In this document: piece by piece, positions 40,146 to 50,766 of the stretch
Layout: each line of letters begins with the position of its first letter
Position numbering within the stretch: position 1 is the stretch's first letter
Assembly (NCBI GenBank): GCA_963847705.1
Contig: CAWKBC010000001.1
Coordinates: 96,001-160,000 of the forward strand
Direction of reading: 5' to 3'
Source of the DNA: an uncultured Pseudomonadota bacterium
GTDB taxonomy: Bacteria; Myxococcota_A; Polyangia; Fen-1088
Length of the DNA stretch: 64,000 bases
The notes under the pieces: model-generated
What the model was told of the DNA's origin: nothing
Database searches by the model: none
The model's input: only the letters and a program-made list of their open reading frames with translations
Program-made: the position numbers and the translations under genes

Positions 40146-41831
40146 ATGAGTGGCAACGCCTGTGTGGTGGGGATCGACTTCGGCACCGACTCGGTGCGCA
40201 GCATCGTCGCTGATGCGACCACGGGAAGCGTCCTCGGCACTTCGGTAAGGAACTACTCCCGGTGGGCCGACCGGCTCTATTGCGCTCCGGTCGACAACAG
40301 GTTCCGGCAACACCCGCTCGACTACCTCGAAAGTATGGAAGCGGCGGTGCGGGAGGCGCTCCGGGAGGCGGGGCCGGCGGCGTCCGCCCTGGTGCGTGGC
40401 ATCGCGGTGGACACGACCGGTTCCACGCCGGTGCTGGCCGACCGATCGGGCGCGCCCTTGGCGCTCAGCGCCCCGTTTGCCGAGAACCCCAACGCCATGT
40501 TCGTCCTCTGGAAGGACCACACCGCCGTCGCCGAGGCCGAGCGGCTGAATCGTCTCGCGCGGACGTGTGGCGGGGTGGACTACACCAAATACGTCGGCGG
40601 GATCTATTCGTCGGAATGGTTCTGGGCCAAGGCGATTCACGTCCTCGAGACCGACCCGGCGGTGGCCGAGGCGGCGGTCACCGTCCTCGAGCATTGCGAC
40701 TGGATTCCCGCCGTGCTCACCGGCACGACCGACCTCGCGCGGTTCAAACGAAGTCGCTGCGCCGCCGGACACAAGGCCCTCTGGCACGCGGAGTTCGGTG
40801 GCTACCCGTCGGACGCGTTTCTCGCGAAGCTCCACCCCAAGCTTCCGGCGCTCAAGAAAACACTGGGGACGGAGACCTTCACCGCCGACGTGCCCTTCGG
40901 CGCGCTCTCGGCCGAGTGGGCGGCCAAGCTCGGCCTGTCGCGCGAGACGGTGGTGGCGGTGGGCGCGTTCGACGCTCACATGGGCGCCGTGGGCGGAGGC
41001 ATCGGCCGGAACCGACTGCTCAAGGTGATGGGAACGAGCACCTGCGACATCGTCGTCGCGGCTCCTGCCAATGAGCCCGAGAAGCTGGTCGCCGGGATCT
41101 GCGGGCAGGTCGATGGGTCGGTCATTCGAGGCATGATCGGCTATGAGGCCGGCCAGTCCGCGTTTGGAGATGTGTACGCCTGGTTCAAGGCGCTCCTCTC
41201 CTGGCCTCTCGAAGCCATCTTGCCGACGCTGACCGGCATCTCGGACCTGGTGAAGCGTCAGGTGGCCGACGGCATCGCTGAAAAGATCATCCCGGCGCTG
41301 GAACAGGGTGCGACGGCTTTGAACGTCGAGGAGACGGTTCCCGTCGCGCTCGATTGGTTGAACGGTCGGCGGACCCCGGACGCCAATCAACGACTCACGG
41401 GCGCCATCACCGGCCTCCGGTTGGGCACCGATGCCCCTCGCATCTTTCGGAGCCTGGTCGAAGCCACGGCGTTCGGCTCTCGGGCCATCGTGGAGCGCTT
41501 TCGCGCCCAGGGGATCCGGATCGACCGCGTCATCGCCATCGGCGGCGTGGCCAAGAAGAGCCGCTTCGTGATGCAGACGATCGCGGACGTCATGGGCCTC
41601 GAGGTTGCGGTGGCGGCCGGTGATCAGCCTGTCGCGCTGGGTGCCGCGATGTTTGCCGCCACGGCGGCCGGTCTCTATGGCCAGGTCGAAGAGGCTCAAC
41701 AGGCGATGTCGGCCGGCACCGAGACGGTCTATCGCCCCGAGCCTATCCGCGTGAAGCGTTACGACAGTCTCTACAAAGAGTATTTGGCGCTGGGCGCGTT
41801 TGTGGAGACCGGGCTGAAGGACAACTCGTGA
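40146..41831 (+). CDS. araB: ribulokinase
   Basis: GIDFGTDSVR, FRQHPLDY, DTTGSTP, LWKDHTA, YSSEWFWAK, LDWLNGRRTP. Confidence 0.93.
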   Translation: MSGNACVVGIDFGTDSVRSIVADATTGSVLGTSVRNYSRWADRLYCAPVDNRFRQHPLDYLESMEAAVREALREAGPAASALVRGIAVDTTGSTPVLADRSGAPLALSAPFAENPNAMFVLWKDHTAVAEAERLNRLARTCGGVDYTKYVGGIYSSEWFWAKAIHVLETDPAVAEAAVTVLEHCDWIPAVLTGTTDLARFKRSRCAAGHKALWHAEFGGYPSDAFLAKLHPKLPALKKTLGTETFTADVPFGALSAEWAAKLGLSRETVVAVGAFDAHMGAVGGGIGRNRLLKVMGTSTCDIVVAAPANEPEKLVAGICGQVDGSVIRGMIGYEAGQSAFGDVYAWFKALLSWPLEAILPTLTGISDLVKRQVADGIAEKIIPALEQGATALNVEETVPVALDWLNGRRTPDANQRLTGAITGLRLGTDAPRIFRSLVEATAFGSRAIVERFRAQGIRIDRVIAIGGVAKKSRFVMQTIADVMGLEVAVAAGDQPVALGAAMFAATAAGLYGQVEEAQQAMSAGTETVYRPEPIRVKRYDSLYKEYLALGAFVETGLKDNS

Positions 41832-41905
41832 GCTACGAAAGACGTCTTCGCTTGGCTTCCCGCGGCGGCCAGGAATGGTCTGAACGAAATGAGGACATTG
41901 GAGCA

Positions 41906-43411
41906 ATGAGCGCAGTAAGCACCCAGGAAGTCTGGTACGTGACAGGCAGTCAAGAGTTGTACGGTCAGGAAACGTTGGACAAGGTCGCGGAGCACTCCCG
42001 CGAAATTGCCGCGTATCTCAGCGATCAGCTGCCGGTGAGGGTTGTCTGCAAGCCCACGCTCACTGGGCCAGAGGCGATCTCGCAGATGTGCCTGGAGGCC
42101 AACGCCGCTCCCCAGTGCGTTGGCCTGATCACCTGGATGCACACCTTTTCGCCCGCGAAGATGTGGGTGAACGGCCTGAATCAACTGACGAAGCCGCTGG
42201 CGCACCTGCACACGCAGTACAACCGCGAGCTCCCCTGGTCGGAGATCGACATGGGGTTCATGAATCTGAACCAGTCGGCCCACGGCGACCGCGAGTACGG
42301 GTTCATCCTGGCCCGACTCCGGCTCGACCGAAAGATCGTGGTCGGTCACTGGCAGGACAGCGCTGTCATGGCCGAGCTCGACGCCTGGTCGCGCGTCGCC
42401 TGCGCCGTCGCCGAGTCGCGCAAGCTGAAGATCGTGCGCTTCGGAGGCATGAACATGCGCGAGGTCGCAGTGACGGGCGGCGACCGCCTGGAGGCCCAGA
42501 TTCAGCTGGGGTGGTCGACGAACGGCTACGGCGTGGGCGATCTGGTGGCGCACATCGCCGAGGTGCGAGACGCCGAGATTGACCAGCTCGTGGAGCAGTA
42601 CGAGGCGCAATACACCGTGGTTCCCGAGCTGCGCCGGGGCGGGGCCAAGCGTGAGAGCCTGCGCTACGCCGCCCGGCAGGAGATCGGGATTCGCGCGTTC
42701 CTCACGGAGGGCGGCTACGGTGCCTTCACCACGACGTTTGAGGACTTGCACGGGCTGAGCCAGCTTCCTGGGCTGGCCGTCCAGCGTCTGATGGCGGACG
42801 GCTACGGCTTTGGCGCCGAGGGCGACTGGAAGGCGGCCGGGCTGGTCCGCCTCATGAAGATCATCGCCGCCGGCCGCAAGGGCGGCGTGTCCTTCATGGA
42901 GGACTACACCTACCACCTGGTGAAGGGTCAGGAGACGATCCTCGGCGCGCACATGCTCGAGATCTGCCCGTCGATCGCCGATCTCGCGGAAGGAAAGCCC
43001 TCGCTGGAGATCCATCCGCTCTCCATCGGCGGCAAGGGTGATCCCTGCCGGCTGGTCTTCAACGCGGCGCCGGGGCCTTCGGTCGCCGCTTCGATCATCG
43101 ACATGGGCGGGCGGCTGCGAATGGTCGTGCAGGAGATGGACGCGGTCAAAGCCGAGCACGCGATGCCGAAGCTCCCCGTGGCGCGCGCCCTCTACGTGCC
43201 GCGGCCGGACTTTCGCCGCGGGTGCCAGGCCTGGCTGCTGGCGGGCGGCGCGCACCACACCTCGTTCAGCCAGGCGGTCACCGGCGAGCAGCTCTCCGAC
43301 CTGGCCGGCATGTTGGGCATCGAGTGCGTGCGCATCGGAAACGACACCGAGCTCGGCGCGCTCAAGAACGAGCTCCGCTGGAACGACGCGGCCTATCGGT
43401 TGGGCCTCTAG
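41906..43411 (+). CDS. araA: L-arabinose isomerase
   Basis: VTGSQELYG, WMHTFSPAKMW, NLNQSAHGDREYG, FGAEGDWK, FMEDYTY, GAHMLE, GGAHHT. Confidence 0.97.
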   Translation: MSAVSTQEVWYVTGSQELYGQETLDKVAEHSREIAAYLSDQLPVRVVCKPTLTGPEAISQMCLEANAAPQCVGLITWMHTFSPAKMWVNGLNQLTKPLAHLHTQYNRELPWSEIDMGFMNLNQSAHGDREYGFILARLRLDRKIVVGHWQDSAVMAELDAWSRVACAVAESRKLKIVRFGGMNMREVAVTGGDRLEAQIQLGWSTNGYGVGDLVAHIAEVRDAEIDQLVEQYEAQYTVVPELRRGGAKRESLRYAARQEIGIRAFLTEGGYGAFTTTFEDLHGLSQLPGLAVQRLMADGYGFGAEGDWKAAGLVRLMKIIAAGRKGGVSFMEDYTYHLVKGQETILGAHMLEICPSIADLAEGKPSLEIHPLSIGGKGDPCRLVFNAAPGPSVAASIIDMGGRLRMVVQEMDAVKAEHAMPKLPVARALYVPRPDFRRGCQAWLLAGGAHHTSFSQAVTGEQLSDLAGMLGIECVRIGNDTELGALKNELRWNDAAYRLGL

Positions 43412-43418
43412 GCTGCCC

Positions 43419-44144
43419 ATGAAATCGATCTACGCCGATCTGAAAGAAGAGGCCTGGCGGGCGAACATGGAGATCCCGCGCCGGGGGCTGGCCATCTACA
43501 CCTTTGGCAACGTCTCGGCGTTCGACGCCGGGCGCGCGGTGTTCTCCATCAAGCCGAGCGGAGTCGCTTACGAGAACCTCACCGTCGCCGACATGGCCGT
43601 GGTCGACGTCGAGGCCAACCTGGTGGAAGGACACCTCCGGCCATCATCCGACACCAGGACGCACGCCGCGCTCTACCGCGCCTTTCCGGGCGTGGGCGGG
43701 ATCGTCCACACCCACTCGACCTATGCCACCGCCTGGGCCCAGGCGGGCCTGTCGATCCCGATCTACGGCACGACCCACGCAGACCACCTGACCGAGGACG
43801 TCCCTTGCACCGCGGTCATGAGCCCCGAGGCGGTCGAGAGAGACTACGAGGCGGAGACGGGCAAGCAGATCATCGACTGCTTTCGCACGCGTGATCCACT
43901 CCAGACGCCGATGGTGCTGGTGGCCGGGCATGGAGCGTTCGCCTGGGGCAAGACGGCGGACAAGGCGGTGTACCACGCCGTCGTCCTCGAAGAGCTCGCC
44001 AAGATCGCCTCCATCACGCGCAGCCTCGATCCCGGCGCGCGTCGCCTGCCGGAGCACCTCGTTCGCAAGCACTTCGAGCGCAAGCACGGGAAGAGCGCCT
44101 ACTACGGGCAATCGGTCGTCACGCTTCGCAAACCGGCCGGTTGA
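43419..44144 (+). CDS. araD: L-ribulose-5-phosphate 4-epimerase
   Basis: TFGNVS, IKPSGV, RPSSDTRTH, IVHTHS, GTTHADH, GHGAFAWG. Confidence 0.95.
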   Translation: MKSIYADLKEEAWRANMEIPRRGLAIYTFGNVSAFDAGRAVFSIKPSGVAYENLTVADMAVVDVEANLVEGHLRPSSDTRTHAALYRAFPGVGGIVHTHSTYATAWAQAGLSIPIYGTTHADHLTEDVPCTAVMSPEAVERDYEAETGKQIIDCFRTRDPLQTPMVLVAGHGAFAWGKTADKAVYHAVVLEELAKIASITRSLDPGARRLPEHLVRKHFERKHGKSAYYGQSVVTLRKPAG

Positions 44145-44177
44145 ACAGCCGGAAAAACCCGGGAGGACGGGTCAACC

Positions 44178-45743
44178 ATGAGACGAGCACTGCAAATTTG
44201 GGGACTGTCGGGGCTGTTGGTGCTGGGCGCCGCGTCGACGCGCGCTCTTGCCCAGGAACCGACCGAAGACGACACCGCACACGACACGCGGGCGGATGCC
44301 CATCACAACACCGAAGAACCCAAAGAGGCCGAGCAGCCGGTCCCGGTCATCGAGCCGGGGGCCGCGACGGGCACGCCAACGGAGGCGGCCATCGCGCCAC
44401 CTTCCGCCACGCTCCCGCCGCCCGCCAGGCCGAAGGTCGGCGATCTCTCGATCACCGGATATTTCCGCGGCGGTTTCGGCGCGGTCCAGCAGGAGTCGTC
44501 CGGACCGGGCATGACGGTCGGCGGCCGCCAGACCTGCTTCTCGCTCTCCAACCCAGCGGGGCTGGTCGCCAAGTACCGGCTCGGCAACGAGTGCGAGGTC
44601 TGGTCCGAGACGCACTTCACGATGGTGACCTACGTGGGGGACGACGGGGTGGTGTCGACCATGCACTTCATGCCGACCGTCTACATCCCCAACACGAACA
44701 TCGGCTACACCCCGAACGGAACGGTCACTTCACCGTCGATTTATACGACCGCCACCGGGGCCACGATCTCCTTTCCCAATCTCTACGTCGACCTCAAGGG
44801 GATCCCTTGGCTCCACGGAGGCACCGCCTGGGCTGGAACCCGCTACTACAAGCGCGAGTCGGTCTACATCAACGACTTCTTCTACTGGAACCCCTCCGGC
44901 GTGGGCGCCGGCGTCGAGGACATCAAGCTCGGCAAGGACCCGCGTCTCAGCCTGGCGGCCTTCGCCGTCGACGGAGAGCCAGCGCCGCCGGCCGACCCCA
45001 CCGCGCCGTTGCTGCCGTCGCAGCTCGACTTCGGCGTTCGCCTCGACGGACAGCTTCGCGGGATCAAGCCGTGGGAGAGTGGTGAGCTTCAGCTCGGGCT
45101 GCAGTACATCTGGGATTACAGCAACCACCCCGATCCGAACACCGGCCTGTCGGTCACGCACGGCGGCTGGGGAGTCACGTTCCAGTACGTGCAGAAGCTG
45201 CTCGGCGGCGACAACAAGCTCGCCTTGCAATATGGCAAGGGGGCGGGGACAGGCTTTGGAACGCTCTCGCGCTTCTACTACCCGGACTTCTCTCTCTACT
45301 TCGACCCGAGTGAGTACCGGTTCCGGTTCGTCGACGTCCTGACCATACAGCCCGTCGCCTGGCTGGGGGGACAGTTCGACGTCATCTACCAGCGTGACCA
45401 GAACTTTCTCGGCGTCGCCGGGCAGAGCACGACCTGGTACTCCGCGGGCGGGCGCTTGAGCTGGGCGGTTCTCGACCACTTCAAGATGGTCGGCGAGATC
45501 GGCTACGATCGTGTGACCAAAAGTATCAGTCCAGATGTGCAACAGCTGACCAAGTACACCATCGCCCCCACGCTGACCACCGGGCCAGGGCTCATGACCC
45601 GCCCCGAGCTGCGCCTCTTTTACACCTACGCGGTCTGGAGCGAGGCGGCGGCGGAGGCCAACGTCGACTCGGGCATGATCTACCGGGCCACCAACCTCTT
45701 GAGCGGCTCCACCTTCGGCATCCAAGCGGAGACCTGGTACTAG
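44178..45743 (+). CDS. carbohydrate-selective porin (LamB/maltoporin family)
   Basis: GYFRGGFG, KYRLGNECE, WAGTRYYKR, RPELRLFYTYA, C-terminal FGIQAETWY. Confidence 0.9.
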   Translation: MRRALQIWGLSGLLVLGAASTRALAQEPTEDDTAHDTRADAHHNTEEPKEAEQPVPVIEPGAATGTPTEAAIAPPSATLPPPARPKVGDLSITGYFRGGFGAVQQESSGPGMTVGGRQTCFSLSNPAGLVAKYRLGNECEVWSETHFTMVTYVGDDGVVSTMHFMPTVYIPNTNIGYTPNGTVTSPSIYTTATGATISFPNLYVDLKGIPWLHGGTAWAGTRYYKRESVYINDFFYWNPSGVGAGVEDIKLGKDPRLSLAAFAVDGEPAPPADPTAPLLPSQLDFGVRLDGQLRGIKPWESGELQLGLQYIWDYSNHPDPNTGLSVTHGGWGVTFQYVQKLLGGDNKLALQYGKGAGTGFGTLSRFYYPDFSLYFDPSEYRFRFVDVLTIQPVAWLGGQFDVIYQRDQNFLGVAGQSTTWYSAGGRLSWAVLDHFKMVGEIGYDRVTKSISPDVQQLTKYTIAPTLTTGPGLMTRPELRLFYTYAVWSEAAAEANVDSGMIYRATNLLSGSTFGIQAETWY

Positions 45744-46051
45744 CGCCGCCGCCGCTGACGCGACCGCCGGATGAAGTCCGAGCGTGACGCGGGAGCAGGA
45801 GTCGGTCTGAAGCGGCGGGTGTGCGCGTTTCGTCGACGGGGAAGGTGAAGGTGGTCGACCCGGGGAAATGACGCGTGCTGGAAGCATTTCCTGACAACGC
45901 CAGCCCGGGCCAGACAAGACGACATGAGGGTGATGGCGAATCGATTGTGTTTCGCGTTGTCGGAGCGATGCTTGGTGCCACTCCCCGATTGCCGACAGAG
46001 CGTTGCGAACTAGGTATCTGTGTGGCGAATTCCGGGAAAAGGGGTTGGCGG

Positions 46052-46714
46052 GTGACTCGGGTGCCGGGCGCATGGTCGAGCGGTGTGCGAGAGATGCTTG
46101 CCCAGGAGCGGCGGATACCTGCGGTGCCGGCCGCTACCCGGGATCGGGCTCTTGCGCGCGCGTTGGAGGCGATGACCACGATCGCCGCATCACCGCTCGA
46201 ACCGAGACCGCGGCGGAGGTTCCCTTGGGCGGTGTTCGTACCGGTGCTCGGTCTGGCGAGCGCCGCCGGCGGATTGGCTATCTACAGCGCCGGCACCTAC
46301 GCAAAAGCCGTCCCGGCGGTGGCGGTGGCGGTGGCAGCGGGACAAATGCCCCAGTTGATGCCTGAGCGGGAAACGAAGGCCATCGCGATGACTGTCCCGC
46401 GGGTGGAGGTGACAGGTGTGTCTCCCCTTGCTCCGCATGTCCGGAGTCCAGCCGACGGGGAGGTGCATCTCCTGGAGCAAGCACGGGTGGCCTTGGATCG
46501 GGCGGATTTTGCTGCGGCCATGATTCCCCTCGTCGAGCATGCGCGGCGGTTCCAGAACGGACAGCTGGCAGAGGAACGAGAGGCTCTGCGGGTGCGGGCG
46601 CTGTCTGGGCTCGGCCTGCGCGACGAGGTCCGGCGCGCCGCCGCGGACTTCGAAGCGCGGTTTCCACTCAGCCCCCTTTTGCCGGCCGTCACCCGATTGG
46701 CGTCTTCATCATGA
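46052..46714 (+). CDS. myxobacterial single-TM protein with C-terminal TPR-like domain (anti-sigma-like)
   Basis: TM helix then E..LLEQAR.AL...HARRF.NGQLAEEREAL.V.AL...F.ARFP.SP pattern; start uncertain (45875/46052/46094). Confidence 0.55.
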   Translation: MTRVPGAWSSGVREMLAQERRIPAVPAATRDRALARALEAMTTIAASPLEPRPRRRFPWAVFVPVLGLASAAGGLAIYSAGTYAKAVPAVAVAVAAGQMPQLMPERETKAIAMTVPRVEVTGVSPLAPHVRSPADGEVHLLEQARVALDRADFAAAMIPLVEHARRFQNGQLAEEREALRVRALSGLGLRDEVRRAAADFEARFPLSPLLPAVTRLASSS

Positions 46715-46801
46715 CCTCGCGCGGTCACGCTCAGTTGCGTCGACCGGCTGTTTAGGTTGGCGTGGATGATCCCCAGCGTTCCCCCTGACAGGACGGCCGG
46801 A

Positions 46802-48748
46802 ATGTCCCTCTCATGGACGGGGGGAGCGTGCTGGATCTGGACGGTGACGGCCGGGGTGATGGCGATGACTTCCTCCGTCAGGGCGCAGACGCCGGCGACC
46901 GTGGATGTCTCGGTCGACGCGACCGTGGTCGGGACGCCGCTCGAGCGCGTGTGGGCGTTTCACGGCTACGACGAGATCAACTACACGACCACGCCGGAGG
47001 GCGAGGCGTTGCTCGGGGTCATCGCCGCCGCGGACAGCGCACCGGCCCACGTGCGCAGCCACTTCCTTCTCAACACCGGCGACGGCACCCCGGCCATGAA
47101 GTGGGGATCGACGAACGTCTACACTGAGGACGCCGCGGGGAACCCGGTCTACAGCTGGGACCTGACCGACGGGATCATGGACGCCATCACCTCGGTCGGA
47201 GCGTTCCCGCTGGTCGAGCTCGGCTTCATGCCCGAGGCGCTCTCGACCCACCCGACCCCCTACCGCAACTCCAGCACCACCACGCTCGACGGCGGCTGCT
47301 TCTACCCGCCGACCGACTACACGAAGTGGGCGGATCTCATCAGCACGTGGGCGATGCACGCCAGCGCACGCTACCCGAACGTCGCGGCCAGCTGGCTGTG
47401 GGAGCTGTGGAACGAACCCGACTTCAATTACTGGGAGGGGACGCCGGACGAGTACGCGGAGCTCTATGACTACACGGAGTCGGCGCTGCACGCGGTGCTC
47501 CCGGACGCGGCGCTCGGCGGTCCGGCGGTGGCCGGCCCCGGCGGCAGCTTCCTGCCCCAATTTCTCAAACACTGCGCGACCGGGGTCAATGCCGTCACGG
47601 GCGAGATCGGGACCCGGCTCGACCTGGTGACCTTCCACGCGAAGGGCGGCGTCGGCGTGGTGGGGGACCACATCGAGATGGACCTCGGCAACCAGCTTCG
47701 GTTGCACAGAGCCGGGTTCGACGCGGTTGCCGCTGTCCCCCAGTTCAGCCAGACGCCCATCTACGTCACCGAGGCGGATCCCGACGGATGCGCCGCCTGT
47801 CCGGTGAGCGGCACGCCCGCCGATGCGTACCGGTATTCGCCAGCGTACGGCGCTTACGTGATCGCGATGATGAAGCACACCCTCGAGCTCGAGGCCGAGA
47901 TGGGCGTGAAGCTGGGCGGGCTGCTCACCTGGGCGTTCACGTTTCCGGGCACGCCGTATTTCGCCGGGTATCGCACCCTCGCCACGAACGGCATCAACCT
48001 CCCGGTCATGGGCGCGTTCGAGCTGCTGGGCCGCCTGGCCGGGACCCGCTTGCCCCTGACCAGCAGCGGGGCGCGCACGCTGGACGACATTCTTGCGAAC
48101 GGCGTGCTCGGCGAGCCGGACGTCGACGGGATGGCCACATTGAACGGCCCCGCGGTCCAGGTGCTGCTCTGGAACTACCACGACGACATCGTGACGGTCT
48201 CCGCGACGCCGGTGCACCTGGCGGTCGAGGTTCCTTCCAGCTTCGGAGCCACGGCGCGCGTCTCGCACCTGCGCCTCGACGACTCGCACGGCGACGCGTA
48301 CACCGTCTGGGTCTCGCAGGGCATGCCGGCCAGCCCATCGGCAGCGCAGATTGCGGCCCTGCAGCAGGCGATGGATCCCGCGTTGCTGGTTCCGGACCAG
48401 ACCGTCGCGGTGGCGGCGGACGGCACGGTCGGCGTCGACTTCGATCTGCCTCGGTTCGGCGTTTCGCTGGTCACGATTCAACCGGCGGATGGTGCGATCG
48501 ACGGCGGCACCGTCGCCGACGGCTCAGCAGGCGTCGGCGGTGACGGCGGCGGCAATGGCAGCAGTGGGTGCGGGTGTCGCATCGGCGGTCGCGACGTCGG
48601 CGCGGCCAATTCGGCGGCGGCGCTCTCCGGTCTGGCCGCCATGGTCATCGTCATGCTCGCGCGCCGTCGGAGCGCCGGCGAGGTTTCTGCCGAGAAGCGG
48701 TGTCGGAGAAGAAGATGGTCAGCTCTCTCAGGCGCCGACCGAACGTGA
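46802..48748 (+). CDS. GH39 beta-xylosidase-like protein with MYXO-CTERM-like anchor
   Basis: GYDEINY, KWGSTNVYTED, LVELGFMP, acid/base WELWNEPD, nucleophile TEADP; SSGCGC...TM-RRR; start uncertain. Confidence 0.88.
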   Translation: MSLSWTGGACWIWTVTAGVMAMTSSVRAQTPATVDVSVDATVVGTPLERVWAFHGYDEINYTTTPEGEALLGVIAAADSAPAHVRSHFLLNTGDGTPAMKWGSTNVYTEDAAGNPVYSWDLTDGIMDAITSVGAFPLVELGFMPEALSTHPTPYRNSSTTTLDGGCFYPPTDYTKWADLISTWAMHASARYPNVAASWLWELWNEPDFNYWEGTPDEYAELYDYTESALHAVLPDAALGGPAVAGPGGSFLPQFLKHCATGVNAVTGEIGTRLDLVTFHAKGGVGVVGDHIEMDLGNQLRLHRAGFDAVAAVPQFSQTPIYVTEADPDGCAACPVSGTPADAYRYSPAYGAYVIAMMKHTLELEAEMGVKLGGLLTWAFTFPGTPYFAGYRTLATNGINLPVMGAFELLGRLAGTRLPLTSSGARTLDDILANGVLGEPDVDGMATLNGPAVQVLLWNYHDDIVTVSATPVHLAVEVPSSFGATARVSHLRLDDSHGDAYTVWVSQGMPASPSAAQIAALQQAMDPALLVPDQTVAVAADGTVGVDFDLPRFGVSLVTIQPADGAIDGGTVADGSAGVGGDGGGNGSSGCGCRIGGRDVGAANSAAALSGLAAMVIVMLARRRSAGEVSAEKRCRRRRWSALSGADRT

Positions 48749-50748
48749 CGGTCACCTACGGCGGGTTGGACCTGGCCGTTGCGGCGCTGGCGGCGGCCGT
48801 GGTCGCCGGGTGGGCGGCGGTGGCCGGGGGCGCCTTCTCGCCGCTGGCGCTCGGCGCCTGCGAGCTCGCCTTCCTGGCGTTCTATCTGGTGGGCTCGCTC
48901 TTTGCGGCCTGGGGCGCCCTGGCGGCGGGCGCCCTCTTCGATCTGCCGCTTCGCCTGCTCATGGGGTACGCCGCCATCAACACGGCGTTGCTCGTCCTGG
49001 CCTGGCTTTCACCGCTCGGCATCGTCGCCAACTTCGGCCTCCTGTTCGCCGCCGCCGCCGCGCTGTTCGTCGCCGGAAGACCGATCCGACAGCGGCCCAA
49101 GGACGACTCCGTCGGTCTCCTGGTCGTCGGACTGTCTCTGGTCGCCGCCACCCTCTGGTGCCAGGACTCGCTCCGCCCGATCGCGGTCGAAGAGAACACC
49201 GTCACCTTCAAGCCGTGGATCGACGGCTTCTATCACGCGGTTCATCTTCGAATCTTCGGCGCCGCCCACGGGGCGTCCACCATCGAGGACTTCCGGATGG
49301 CAGGCGTGCCTGCGCGCCTCTACCACTATGGGGCGTACATGACGCCAGCCTTCATCAAGCAGGCGTCGGGAATCCGTGCGTATGCAGCCTTCGCCGGCAT
49401 TCTGGCGCCGATGGGTGTCTTCTTCACCGGGCTCGGGGCGTACGCTCTCGTCGGATCGTTCTGGGGCAGTTGGCCCGGATTGGCCGCCGCTTCGGCGCTG
49501 CTCCTGCTGCCGGACGGCGCGCAGCAGGGGATGCAGAACAGCTTCATGTCGTATCACTGGCTGACGCAGATCTCGCCCAGCGCGAGCTACGGGTTGGCTC
49601 TGCTGGCGCTGGCCTGGATGTTCGTCCTCCTGGGGTGCCGGCAGGGCAGCCGGGTGCAGTTGATCGCGGGCTGGCTGATCGCGGGGATTCTCACGTTCTA
49701 CAAGCTGCACTTCTTCATCGCGAGCGCTCTGCTGCTGTTGCTGCTGCCTCCGCTGTTTTTTCGTCGGCCGCTCGGGGTTCGCAAGCGAGTCCTGTGGACC
49801 GTCTCTGCCGCCGCCGTGTTTGTCCTGACCGTCATCGGCGTGCAGAAGATCCCTGGCGTTCCTCTCATTCGGCTCGATGGCTCGAGCGTCCGCGAGATCT
49901 TCTCCCTCATCAAAGGGTTCGCTCAGCGCGGGGGGCTCCGCGACCTCCTCGACAGCCGGCTCGGGCCGGAGCATTCGCGGCTCTCGAACCTGACCTTCGG
50001 CGCACCCTATGTCCTGCTCTCCGCCCTCGGTCTCTTCGCGCCCCTGCTGGTGATTCTGGCCATTCGCCTGCGCCGGCGCACCTCACCCGTGCTGGTGATC
50101 TTTCCGTTGCTGCTCGTCGCCAATTTCCTGGCGATGTTCCTGGGGCTGGCGCTCGACCTTCGCAGCAGCACCCCCGACGAGCTCTCGCATCGCCCGATCA
50201 TGATCGTCTACTTTTTCGTGGTGGCCTGGGTGGGCGGGGCCGCCGGCCTGTCGCTGGTCGACTCCCCACGTCTGGGTCGCCTGGCCCGCCCGGCCCTGCT
50301 CTTGGCGGCGGTCTTGCTGCTGGCCGTCCCGGCGTTTCTGGGGGCGGGCGTCCAGCGAATCGCGGCCATGCGCATGTTTTCCCCCGTTCGCGTCCCGCTC
50401 GGCCTGGTGCGGGCCGCCGCGTACATCCGCGACCACGGGGACGGCCAGGACCTGGTCCAGGATTCGCAGTTCGATCGGACCTACGCCCTCGCCGCCCTGG
50501 CCGAGCGGAGGACGTACGCCTCCCGGTCGCTGACGATCATCAGCTACAACATCGACCTCTTGCAGCAGCGGATCGCTTTGGTCGAGCGCTTCATGGACCT
50601 TCGCGACGTCGCCGCGGTCGTGGCGACCGCGCGCCAGCTCGGTCTTCGCTGGTTCCTGCTCGATCCTGGCGACCAGGTCGCCTGGCCGGCCGAGGTGGTC
50701 CAACACCCGGTGTTCGAGCTCGGCGGGTACCGGCTCTATCGCTTCTGA
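48715..50748 (+). CDS. polytopic membrane protein, possible GT-C glycosyltransferase
   Basis: More than 12 TM helices, early loop PWIDGFYH...YHY, soluble C-terminal domain (AAAYIR...WFL...YRLYRF). Confidence 0.55.
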   Translation: MVSSLRRRPNVTVTYGGLDLAVAALAAAVVAGWAAVAGGAFSPLALGACELAFLAFYLVGSLFAAWGALAAGALFDLPLRLLMGYAAINTALLVLAWLSPLGIVANFGLLFAAAAALFVAGRPIRQRPKDDSVGLLVVGLSLVAATLWCQDSLRPIAVEENTVTFKPWIDGFYHAVHLRIFGAAHGASTIEDFRMAGVPARLYHYGAYMTPAFIKQASGIRAYAAFAGILAPMGVFFTGLGAYALVGSFWGSWPGLAAASALLLLPDGAQQGMQNSFMSYHWLTQISPSASYGLALLALAWMFVLLGCRQGSRVQLIAGWLIAGILTFYKLHFFIASALLLLLLPPLFFRRPLGVRKRVLWTVSAAAVFVLTVIGVQKIPGVPLIRLDGSSVREIFSLIKGFAQRGGLRDLLDSRLGPEHSRLSNLTFGAPYVLLSALGLFAPLLVILAIRLRRRTSPVLVIFPLLLVANFLAMFLGLALDLRSSTPDELSHRPIMIVYFFVVAWVGGAAGLSLVDSPRLGRLARPALLLAAVLLLAVPAFLGAGVQRIAAMRMFSPVRVPLGLVRAAAYIRDHGDGQDLVQDSQFDRTYALAALAERRTYASRSLTIISYNIDLLQQRIALVERFMDLRDVAAVVATARQLGLRWFLLDPGDQVAWPAEVVQHPVFELGGYRLYRF

Positions 50749-50766
50749 GGCGCGGCGCGCTCAACC

